Positions 1 to 6,361 of a DNA stretch of 6,965 nt are shown here, one piece after another (position 1 is the first letter of the stretch; every line of letters starts with the position of its first letter). Both the position numbers and the translations under genes were made by a program. The notes under the pieces were generated by a model. That model was not told where the DNA came from, made no database searches, and saw only the letters and a list, made by a program, of their open reading frames with translations. Source of the stretch: a virus; the UHGV virus genome UHGV-0228105, one strand, 5' to 3'.

Positions 1-1825
1 CAATGCGGACCTTCCAGGCCACACCGTCAACAATAAAGCCCTCCTGCTGCTCAAGGTAAGGCTCGTCATTACCGTCAAGATAAGCCACCTCAATTGTGTC
101 CGTTCCCTGTGCTGAAAGCATGTACCATTGCTTATCACTGACTTCATCAAGGCGGGGATCGACAATAATATCCAGTTGTTTGTGGTACGGGTTATATGAA
201 CCACTGTTTGTATCGGCACCAAAAGGCGTGGTTGAGTTAACCATTTGCAACGCTCTGTCTTCCAGAGCCGCTGGAACAAGAAGGAATTTTGGCACAATAT
301 TCAGCACTTCACCGTTTTCATCCCTCTGTGTGCGCATTGCACGGCGTGCAATGCCAAGCCCTGTAGTGCTGACTCCGTTATCAATATCATTTCCGTGTTT
401 TTTGCTGAACAGCGGTATACCGTCAGAAAGCTTTGTGTTTCCTGTCAGCACCAGATGAACCAGATTACCCACCGTTCTGGCGGCTGCTCGCCCCATTGCC
501 TGTGGGATAACTGTTAACTGATTCAGGTCATCGTTAATAATCGCCTGTCGGGTAATGCTGAAAATATTTCCGTAAGTTGCCAGCGCGATTGGTTCGCCAC
601 GGTCACTGGTGGTGATGTATTTATATTCCGCGCCTTCCGGCACTTTGTTTAATGTAGAGAAGCCATTCAGGCCAACACGACGTGCCTCATGGAAGTTTGA
701 CAATGAACCTTTTTTCGTCCACTGGCGGAACGTTTCGCCGCTGTGTTCCCATCCGGCAAGCACGGATTTTTCAGCACCACCAGCAAGGATATAAGTAAAA
801 TCGCTGCTGCTGTGGGTGAATGCCGCGTTTACTATCTGCGAGCGTGTGCTGTAGCTGCCTGTGCTTATGCCGCGATGGGTTAATGATGCCTGCGCCATAT
901 CGAAAAGGCTCATCATGGCGTAAGGGTTGCCGCGTTCTGCCTGCTCGTGCCCAAGACGCGCATTAAGCCCCTGACGCATTGCATCACCCGTTATGTTGCC
1001 GTTATCCGTATATGCGTAGTAAAGATTTGCAGGTGTGGTTTTGTTTGTCGGTGTCGATTCTTTACCCATAGTGAGTAAAAGACGTTCGCGCGCATCCTCA
1101 ACGCTACACCCTGAATCAGCAAGACAACTTATAGCCAGGTCGTTATATCTTCCGTTGAACGTACCGAACAACTCACGGATCCCGTTGAGTCGTTCCTGTT
1201 CTCCGCTGGTAGTTTTCTGGCTGATCATGTTCTTAATATTTTCCGGCATATTTGAAAAATCTCCGATTCGTTTTGATTCAATTCGGGCCATTGCTGTAAT
1301 CGCGGGTATAACCTCGTCTGCGAAGCCGTTAGCCCTGCACTCGTTGCCATCCATCCAGGTTTCCGCCTCCATCATGGCGGTGATTTCCTGTTTGCTCTTC
1401 CCCGTTCTTCCGGCGTAGGTTTCCGCCATCGTGTCGCCCATCTTGTCCATCAGGTCGGCAAAGCGGCGAACATCTCCCGACACTCCGGCTGTAACGCCAC
1501 GGGGGGCGTGTATCATCATCATTGCGTTTTCAGGCATAACGATGTGATCGCCACACATGGCAATAAACGAGGCCATAGAAGCCGCCATACCTTCAATGTG
1601 TACGATTTTTTTTGCCGGATGATTTTTCAGGGCGTTATAGATAGCCAGCCCTTCAAAGATGTCACCACCTGGTGAATGAATGCTCAGATGGATTTCAGAC
1701 ACATTACCGCACGCGTTGATCTCGTCAGTAAGTGCCGATGCCTTTACACCGTACCCGCCGATCTCGTCATAAATGCGCACATGTGCAACATCTGACATAG
1801 CCTTAATGGAAAACCATGTTTTCAT
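1..1825 (-). CDS. ClpP-like (S14) prohead serine protease fused in-frame to a phage major capsid protein; start complete, 3' end runs off the left edge of the window
   Basis: Minus-strand frame is open from the ATG at 1825-1823 down to position 2 (608 codons, no stop). It is absent from the ORF track only because the stop lies outside the window. The N-terminal ~190 aa carry ClpP-type motifs (IHLSIHSPGGDIFEGLAIYNAL; GMAASMASFIAMCGD with a candidate catalytic Ser; MMMIHAPRGVTAG; ECRANGFADEVI). The C-terminal part (TYGNIFSITRQAIINDDLNQLTVIPQAMGRAAARTVGNLV ... PFGADTNSGSYNPY ... EVAYLDGNDEPYLEQQEGFIVDGVAWKVRI) looks like a phage major capsid protein. The start overlaps the upstream stop as ATGA. 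Plus-strand ORFs in 96-1418 are antisense artefacts. Confidence 0.8.
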   Translation of the reverse strand, partial: MKTWFSIKAMSDVAHVRIYDEIGGYGVKASALTDEINACGNVSEIHLSIHSPGGDIFEGLAIYNALKNHPAKKIVHIEGMAASMASFIAMCGDHIVMPENAMMMIHAPRGVTAGVSGDVRRFADLMDKMGDTMAETYAGRTGKSKQEITAMMEAETWMDGNECRANGFADEVIPAITAMARIESKRIGDFSNMPENIKNMISQKTTSGEQERLNGIRELFGTFNGRYNDLAISCLADSGCSVEDARERLLLTMGKESTPTNKTTPANLYYAYTDNGNITGDAMRQGLNARLGHEQAERGNPYAMMSLFDMAQASLTHRGISTGSYSTRSQIVNAAFTHSSSDFTYILAGGAEKSVLAGWEHSGETFRQWTKKGSLSNFHEARRVGLNGFSTLNKVPEGAEYKYITTSDRGEPIALATYGNIFSITRQAIINDDLNQLTVIPQAMGRAAARTVGNLVHLVLTGNTKLSDGIPLFSKKHGNDIDNGVSTTGLGIARRAMRTQRDENGEVLNIVPKFLLVPAALEDRALQMVNSTTPFGADTNSGSYNPYHKQLDIIVDPRLDEVSDKQWYMLSAQGTDTIEVAYLDGNDEPYLEQQEGFIVDGVAWKVRI

Positions 1826-2016
1826 AGCCAGGCTCCTAACGTTGCCTGGTACCAGTATTCAACCGCGCTGCGTGTGATTTGTCCTTTCGTGGGTACTGGC
1901 ATACCCGGGTGATTATCTTTGATGAACTGCTGATAGCGTTCGATCTTCTCCATAGTTCCGGCGTCTATGTGTACCGTGGCACTTTTATCCGGCTTTCTGG
2001 TGTTGTTCTCTGGCAT
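1822..2016 (-). CDS. Small protein (64 aa), possibly ribbon-helix-helix DNA-binding; translationally coupled to the protease-capsid gene
   Basis: ORF-track ORF 1822..2049 (75 aa). The internal ATG at 2016-2014 has a near-ideal Shine-Dalgarno (GGAGGCGGA, 7 nt spacer), so the start is placed there; 2049 is the alternative. Sequence MPENNTRKPDKSATVHIDAGTMEKIERYQQFIKDNHPGMPVPTKGQITRSAVEYWYQATLGAWL fits a strand-helix-loop-helix pattern. Stop TGA overlaps the downstream ATG (ATGA). Confidence 0.55.
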   Translation of the reverse strand: MPENNTRKPDKSATVHIDAGTMEKIERYQQFIKDNHPGMPVPTKGQITRSAVEYWYQATLGAWL

Positions 2017-2211
2017 AAATCCGCCTCCGTTTTGATTAACGGGCATCATTATTGATCGATAAAAGTAATAGATAAATCATTTTCTACCTGAAAATCAGAT
2101 TATGTTTTTTCTGATTATTCTCAGAGAGGCAAAGCCATTGACGCATTTTTGCTATTGAAGCAATATTAAGACTCGTCATCCTGGCGATAAAAACTCCTTT
2201 GTCGTGTAAAA

Positions 2212-2247
2212 GCGCCTCCGGTAACAGCAATCGGGGGCGCTTTTTTT
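2212..2247 (+). terminator. Rho-independent terminator-like hairpin, strongest on the plus strand
   Basis: GCGCCTCCG (2212-2220) / CGGGGGCGC (2232-2240) form a 9-bp stem with one G-U wobble on the plus-strand RNA, 11-nt loop, followed by T7 (2241-2247). On the minus strand the same stem has a C-A mismatch and only a 4-U tail. Confidence 0.45.
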
Positions 2248-2444
2248 GCGCCTGTTTTTTTGTAAATGTTTTCGGGAACGCTCCAGTGATGAACGAAAAA
2301 CAACCTTATTCGACACTAAAAATTTTTATTCCTCAATATATCAATAACTTATAGTGGTGGTGATGGTGCCATAAAAATCAAAAAATGCGCCTTTTTCCGC
2401 GCCCCTCCGCCCCGTGGACAGGCTCACCCCGCCAGGAGGACCCG

Positions 2445-2468
2445 CAAAAAAGCCGGATTGCTCCGGCT
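2445..2468 (-). terminator. Rho-independent terminator of the upstream minus-strand small genes
   Basis: Minus-strand RNA: stem GCCGGA / UCCGGC, or 7 bp if the flanking A-U pair is counted (plus 2451-2457 and 2462-2468), GCAA tetraloop (GNRA type), then a U5-6 tract (plus A-tract 2446-2450). Lies 7 nt downstream of the stop at 2475-2477. Confidence 0.55.
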
Positions 2469-2474
2469 GTGTGA

Positions 2475-2750
2475 TTAGCTGTCCTGGTAATTGCGCCATA
2501 TTTCATCGCTTACACCATCTATACCCATTTCAGCATAAGTGCGATCTACTGCCTTTCTCAGGTCACCGAAGTTATCCGGCGGCTCCGGTGGCCTCTGTGC
2601 CTTCCTGGAACATTCCAGCCGTCGCATCGTAACCTGATGCCGTTCCTTGTCTGTCTCCACCAGCAGCATGACTTCACCCCATCGCGCCGCCGCCCTCCGG
2701 TAAAAGCCTTTCGCCTCGAGTTCCTCCGCTATGCGGTCATGTACCATCAC
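2475..2750 (-). CDS. Small protein (91 aa), tentatively PerC/Pch-family transcriptional activator-like
   Basis: ORF-track ORF; overlaps the upstream ORF by 14 nt and is followed by a terminator. N-terminal segment DRIAEELEAKGFYRRAAARWGEVML matches my recollection of the PerC-family signature (acidic helix then RRAA-RW). This is recalled, not searched. Confidence 0.5.
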   Translation of the reverse strand: MMVHDRIAEELEAKGFYRRAAARWGEVMLLVETDKERHQVTMRRLECSRKAQRPPEPPDNFGDLRKAVDRTYAEMGIDGVSDEIWRNYQDS

Positions 2751-3021
2751 CTGACTCTCCGGTTTTTACGTTGATGGTTGTTACCTGTTCCGCTTCGGCA
2801 ATCTCCCGTTCTGTCATCGTGGCAAAGTTTGCCGACGCCGTGGTCATGAATGCGCTTATCAGTTCGGGATGTTCCTTCGCGTATCCTTCCCCGGCGTGGC
2901 GGTCTATCGTTCTGATTGCCACCTTTAATGCGTGCTCTGTCATGTCTAACGCGCGATATTTCGGTTCTGTTCTGTCTCTGCATTTTTTGAGTGATTTGTT
3001 AAATTTCCCTGAAGTGTGCAT
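2737..3021 (-). CDS. Hypothetical protein (94 aa)
   Basis: ORF-track ORF with protein-like composition. Purine-rich GAGGGGG lies ~11 nt upstream of the ATG at 3021. Sits immediately downstream of the iteron region. A competing 78-aa arginine-rich ORF (2747..2983) in another frame is judged spurious. Confidence 0.5.
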   Translation of the reverse strand: MHTSGKFNKSLKKCRDRTEPKYRALDMTEHALKVAIRTIDRHAGEGYAKEHPELISAFMTTASANFATMTEREIAEAEQVTTINVKTGESGDGT

Positions 3022-3060
3022 TTTTATTTTTACCCCCTCGTTTAAAAAGTTTTGAGTTGT

Positions 3061-3300
3061 ACCTCTCCCCCTCTACCCCTTCTACCCAGCACCACCAAAA
3101 GCCAGCAATGGCGCACCTTTCAGCAGGGTAGAGGGCTTTTAATCCCCTTCTACCCGCCCTCTACCTGTCTACCTGGAATTGATAAAATCAGGTAGAAGAG
3201 GTAGAGGGCTTTTATTAGCCTTCGACCTGGCCCTCTACCCACCTATCATATTGAATAATATATATTTATTTACTTCAGGTAGAGGAGGTAGAGGGCTTTT
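3061..3300. repeat. Iteron array with AT-rich core: candidate origin of replication
   Basis: At least 11 copies of a 9-mer family in both orientations. GGTAGAGGGCTTTT occurs at 3127-3140, 3200-3213 and 3287-3300; degenerate copies GGTAGAAGA at 3191-3199 and GGTAGAGGA at 3278-3286. Inverse copies CCCTCTACC at 3069-3077, 3157-3165 and 3231-3239; CTTCTACCC at 3079-3087 and 3147-3155; TCTACC at 3168-3173. A 30-bp almost pure AT stretch lies at 3245-3275. The array ends 9 nt from the primase stop codon. Confidence 0.6.
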
Positions 3301-3308
3301 GCAAAAAA

Positions 3309-5057
3309 TTATAAAAACGCGTCACAATCGTCTGTTGTTATTGCGTTAGTCTGCGTTACTCCCTTAACTTTCCGAGTAATATATTCATGACCGTAAACTT
3401 TCGCAGCGGGTTTCATAGCTTTGCTGAACTCAGCCACGTTTAGCGGCTTGTTCCTTCCGGCGTATGCCATAAACGCCAGATAGACGCGGTAAAGGCTGTT
3501 TCTGGTCGTGTACCTGGAAGAGTCACCACCACCGCCCATCATCAGGCCGTGCGCTTCCTCCAGAAAATTAAGAAACTGGCAAAACTCAATAACCGGATCC
3601 GTTTGCTGCTTTATCGCCAGTGCTTCATCACCGTCACGCTGTTCCAGTAGTAAAGCCCGCGCCTTTTCAGGGTCGGCAAAGTTCGCCAGTAATCGGCGGA
3701 TAATGACGGGGATTTCAGCCGCGATTTTTTCCGGTAGCTCCCTGTCTTTTTCAGCCTCACTGACGATATTGTCGAAACGGAAAATCACGCGACGACGTGC
3801 CACGCCTCCGGCCCGTTCGGTGAATATCATCGGGTTGTTGTTGGTTGCCAGCACAACCGCCCTGATTACCGCTGTGAAACGCTTCTCATATTTCGGGTTA
3901 ATTTCCACGGGGTCACCGCCCGTGATTTTCTTGATGCCCGTGCCTTCGCCTGTATATTTCGGCTGGTCAGCCAGGACAATAAGCCGACTCCCGACAACCT
4001 GCGCACGCCCACCAGCATCATCAAGCGATGTCATCTCAGCACTTACCGTGTTCTGTTTCCCTGCCAGAAGGCTGGCTATATGCGTAAATGTACTCTTGCC
4101 GCTCCCGCCCTCTCCTGTGGCCTCAATAAACATCTGCCAGTCGTACCGGTTCGCCATAATCATGTACAGCGCGGCACATATACGCATCATCTTGCGCGGG
4201 TCTTTTCCGGCTGCGTGCTCAAGCCATTTATGAAAGTTTGGCGCGTTGTCGCGAATGTTCTCCCCTGGTGCTGGTGGCGTGTACTCAATGCCGTTGTGCG
4301 TGGTGATCCAGTTCTCCGGCGTGTGCGGGGAAAACTCCCCCGTTTTCAGGTCAAGCGCACCATTGGCGAACGGCAGCAAATCGCCGGACGGCTCGCCCAT
4401 TGGTTCGGCAATAACTTTTAACGCTTCCACGGCGTTATTGATTACGCGCTTGCTGAACGTGGCTTTATGTTCTGAATAAATCGCCACCATTTCGCGGCTC
4501 AGCTCCATTGTGCTGACCGGGCACCATACCCCGCCGCGCCAGATGTGGACGATTTCACTTTCCGGATCCACACAAACGCCATCAAATCGACCAGCAAGCA
4601 TCTGTGCGCGCTCACTGTCTGCCATTTGTGCCAGTTGCGTATTTTTCTGCTCCGGCATGGTAATCCCTGCGGCAATATTTTCACGCTCAGCATTCAGATA
4701 GCGCCGCCAGTTTTCACACTTCTGACCGTGCATTCCTTCTGGGTAAAAATTCGCATCCTGAATATCTGCCACCGCCAGCTTCTGACCAATCTTTTTGGTC
4801 TCCACTAAATCCAGTTCTCCGGCCTGGTACAGCCTTACGCGCTTTTTCCCATCCGGAACAATTTTCAGCGCATCAAGTTCGGCAAGCTGCTTTGGCCCAA
4901 GCCACACAGGCGGCACATTATCGCCGGATGCGGGGCCATCCTGTTCCTGCCATTGTTCCGCGTGTGACCAGGCATCACTACCCGCAAAGATAATTACCTC
5001 TGTGTCTTTGTGTTTTATTCCGCGTGGCTGTTTTTTTACGTTCGGTGCCAGTTTCAC
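3309..5057 (-). CDS. Primase-helicase / replication initiator of the D5 / P4-alpha (SF3 NTPase) family, 582 aa
   Basis: Long ORF-track ORF. Walker A GEGGSGKST followed by a hydrophobic stretch ending in acidic residue (RLIVLADQ), typical of phage/plasmid primase C-terminal NTPase domains. Start is GTG at 5057-5055 with AGGGG ~8 nt upstream, overlapping the upstream stop (GTGA). Stop TAA at 3311-3309. An N-terminal primase catalytic motif is not recognisable by eye. Confidence 0.88.
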   Translation of the reverse strand: MKLAPNVKKQPRGIKHKDTEVIIFAGSDAWSHAEQWQEQDGPASGDNVPPVWLGPKQLAELDALKIVPDGKKRVRLYQAGELDLVETKKIGQKLAVADIQDANFYPEGMHGQKCENWRRYLNAERENIAAGITMPEQKNTQLAQMADSERAQMLAGRFDGVCVDPESEIVHIWRGGVWCPVSTMELSREMVAIYSEHKATFSKRVINNAVEALKVIAEPMGEPSGDLLPFANGALDLKTGEFSPHTPENWITTHNGIEYTPPAPGENIRDNAPNFHKWLEHAAGKDPRKMMRICAALYMIMANRYDWQMFIEATGEGGSGKSTFTHIASLLAGKQNTVSAEMTSLDDAGGRAQVVGSRLIVLADQPKYTGEGTGIKKITGGDPVEINPKYEKRFTAVIRAVVLATNNNPMIFTERAGGVARRRVIFRFDNIVSEAEKDRELPEKIAAEIPVIIRRLLANFADPEKARALLLEQRDGDEALAIKQQTDPVIEFCQFLNFLEEAHGLMMGGGGDSSRYTTRNSLYRVYLAFMAYAGRNKPLNVAEFSKAMKPAAKVYGHEYITRKVKGVTQTNAITTDDCDAFL

Positions 5058-5353
5058 TTTTTGCCCCTGAATCCGTTAATCATGTTTTTCATCTTCTGAA
5101 TATTGGCGCGTGCTTTCTCCCCGCTGGTTGGCTTACTGCGGGGCGCTGCCTGTACCAGAGAAAAATCACGCCGGAACTGATAAACAGGCATCACGCAATC
5201 ATATTCGTAGCCTTCACGGCGGTAAGTGACGCGCCGATCCTCCACTCCCTTAATCATTACCGTGCCACCGTACTGGTCGCGGTAAATATCGCCGCGCGTA
5301 AATTTAGGGTGAGTGTTGCCACTGGCAGTTAAGCCAGAAATTTTCTTTTTCAT
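5054..5353 (-). CDS. Hypothetical small basic protein (99 aa)
   Basis: ORF-track ORF. ATG at 5353-5351 lies 5 nt after the stop of the upstream ORF; its own stop overlaps the primase GTG start. Sequence MKKKISGLTASGNTHPKFTRGDIYRDQYGGTVMIKGVEDRRVTYRREGYEYDCVMPVYQF... has no family I can name. Confidence 0.55.
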   Translation of the reverse strand: MKKKISGLTASGNTHPKFTRGDIYRDQYGGTVMIKGVEDRRVTYRREGYEYDCVMPVYQFRRDFSLVQAAPRSKPTSGEKARANIQKMKNMINGFRGKK

Positions 5354-5358
5354 GGTTT

Positions 5359-5586
5359 TTATTCCGCGTTTATTTTTTTATCGTGAATTTCGATCGCTTT
5401 ATTTAATTCGGTGATTACCGTATCGAGTAATGAAATAAACGCACCAGCAAGATTAGATTCACGTTCATCTTCCGGCGCATCACTTAAACCATCCAGCCAG
5501 ATAAGCAATATTTGCCGCAAGCATTCACTGTTAGTCAGTGCGTTTTCTGCATGGCTCATTGATTTAAAATAATGGTCATCATGCAT
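5359..5586 (-). CDS. Hypothetical small acidic protein (75 aa from the proposed start)
   Basis: ORF-track ORF 5359..5631. Start moved to the ATG at 5586-5584 (MHDDHYFK...), which has AGGGG upstream and overlaps the upstream stop (ATGCATGA). Confidence 0.5.
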   Translation of the reverse strand: MHDDHYFKSMSHAENALTNSECLRQILLIWLDGLSDAPEDERESNLAGAFISLLDTVITELNKAIEIHDKKINAE

Positions 5587-5815
5587 GGTGCGCCCCTTGA
5601 ATATCTGCGGTAAGAATTTTACCTGCCTCATTCAGCGCCATATCAGCACTAAGTTGCATAACCGCCAGCGAATGAGGAACGAAAGCCCCTGCATATTCTG
5701 TTTCACTGGTGGCGTGCTTATGCGCCCTGTCAGCAATAACAGAAATATCAATAAGCGCGAGCATCAGCGTAGTGAGCGCGGCGGCGGTTGCGTCCGGACG
5801 GATGTTATTGCACAT
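5579..5815 (-). CDS. Hypothetical small protein (78 aa from the proposed start)
   Basis: ORF-track ORF 5579..5872. Start placed at the ATG at 5815-5813 (MCNNIRPD...), preceded by GGAGGGG with an 8-nt spacer and overlapping the upstream stop at 5807-5805. The upstream ATG at 5872 lacks a Shine-Dalgarno. Confidence 0.5.
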   Translation of the reverse strand: MCNNIRPDATAAALTTLMLALIDISVIADRAHKHATSETEYAGAFVPHSLAVMQLSADMALNEAGKILTADIQGAHHA

Positions 5816-6038
5816 GGTGTACCCCTCCGCATTTTTTTTCGTTAGAAATAAGCGTTCTTCTTTCCTGTTCATCGCTCAGGAATACGCAGACCTCACCGCT
5901 AAGGCGTTTAAGTAAGCCGATGATTGCCCCTGATTCGCTGTCGGTCATCATGCCAGGGTAATCCTCTGCCAGTGCGCAAATAACTTCGATTTGGTGGGCG
6001 CGTTCTGCTGCCTGTTGTAGTGTGATTTCCTGGCTCAT
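5805..6038 (-). CDS. Hypothetical small protein (77 aa from the proposed start)
   Basis: ORF-track ORF 5805..6095. Start placed at the ATG at 6038-6036 (MSQEITLQQAAERAHQIEV...), preceded by AGGAGGT at about -8 and overlapping the upstream stop as ATGA. Confidence 0.55.
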   Translation of the reverse strand: MSQEITLQQAAERAHQIEVICALAEDYPGMMTDSESGAIIGLLKRLSGEVCVFLSDEQERRTLISNEKKCGGVHHVQ

Positions 6039-6229
6039 AAGCCTACCTCCTGACGAATACGGGCGGCAAATACAGCAACACAACCGGACGGGCAACGGTT
6101 ACGCGCTTCGCGTTCCGTCCAGGCGGTTACGTGGATGATTTGAGATTCTCCGGCACTCAGGGCCAGAAAACGCCACACAAAGGCCGTTTGTGTGTGTGCT
6201 AGTCGTGGAGTATGATTTACGGCAACCAT
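6035..6229 (-). CDS. Hypothetical small protein (64 aa), first gene of the minus-strand operon
   Basis: ORF-track ORF. GAGAGGT Shine-Dalgarno ~9 nt upstream of the ATG at 6229. Contains a Cys pair (RNRCPSGC). Lies ~95 nt downstream of the predicted promoter. Confidence 0.5.
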   Translation of the reverse strand: MVAVNHTPRLAHTQTAFVWRFLALSAGESQIIHVTAWTEREARNRCPSGCVAVFAARIRQEVGL

Positions 6230-6308
6230 AAATTTACCTCTCTATAGTGTTTGTGGTTAGAGGCCCTGCTAGTGGTAGCGACACTTGCGGGGCTTTGCAT
6301 TTATGAAC

Positions 6309-6361
6309 CCTGAGCAGCTCAGGTGTGGCCCACTATATGTTTTAGGTGTGGCCCACGTCAA
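6309..6361 (-). promoter_or_regulatory. Control region: predicted sigma70-like promoter for the minus-strand operon, overlapped by a perfect palindrome and two 13-bp direct repeats
   Basis: On the minus strand: -35 TTGACG (plus 6356-6361), 18-nt spacer, -10 TATAGT (plus 6332-6337). Direct repeats AGGTGTGGCCCAC at 6321-6333 and 6344-6356, each containing GTGG-N-CCAC, with 23 bp between starts. Perfect palindrome CCTGAGC-A-GCTCAGG at 6309-6323, at or just downstream of the predicted start site. Confidence 0.45.

Noticed and set aside
96-1418. Plus-strand ORFs 96..458, 245..517, 609..794 and 1035..1418
   Set aside because: All lie antisense inside the continuous minus-strand protease-capsid frame. 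Their translations are low-complexity (Ser/Cys/Arg-rich) and have no ribosome-binding sites.
2102-2179. Short ORFs in the non-coding gap (18-aa plus-strand ORF from 2102; 31-aa minus-strand ORF from 2179)
   Set aside because: No Shine-Dalgarno for the first and a 14-nt spacing for the second; both are very short and the region reads better as regulatory or non-coding.
2747-2983. 78-aa arginine-rich minus-strand ORF overlapping the 94-aa gene in another frame
   Set aside because: Extremely basic low-complexity translation typical of an out-of-frame artefact; the 2737..3021 frame is more protein-like.
2414-3055. Plus-strand ORFs 2414..2632 and 2771..3055
   Set aside because: Antisense to the two minus-strand small genes and overlapping the minus-strand terminator; no ribosome-binding sites.
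3061-3300. Repeat array considered as a possible CRISPR array
   Set aside because: Units are only 9-14 bp, occur in both orientations and have no regular spacers. The pattern fits origin iterons, not CRISPR.
3508-5070. Plus-strand ORFs antisense to the primase-helicase (3508..4233, 4080..4421, 4246..4479, 4510..4701, 4545..4808, 4795..5070) and the minus ORF 4499..4693
   Set aside because: They sit wholly within the 582-aa gene, on the opposite strand or in another frame, and have non-protein-like composition.
5024-5915. Plus-strand ORFs 5024..5332, 5585..5845 and 5709..5915
   Set aside because: Antisense to the coupled minus-strand small-gene operon, with no Shine-Dalgarno sequences; the minus-strand set has consistent coupling and ribosome-binding sites.
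6254-6280. Iteron-like sequences in the operon leader as a separate initiator-binding feature
   Set aside because: The matches to the origin 9-mer are degenerate (one insertion or substitutions) and could be chance; kept only as a note under the origin finding.
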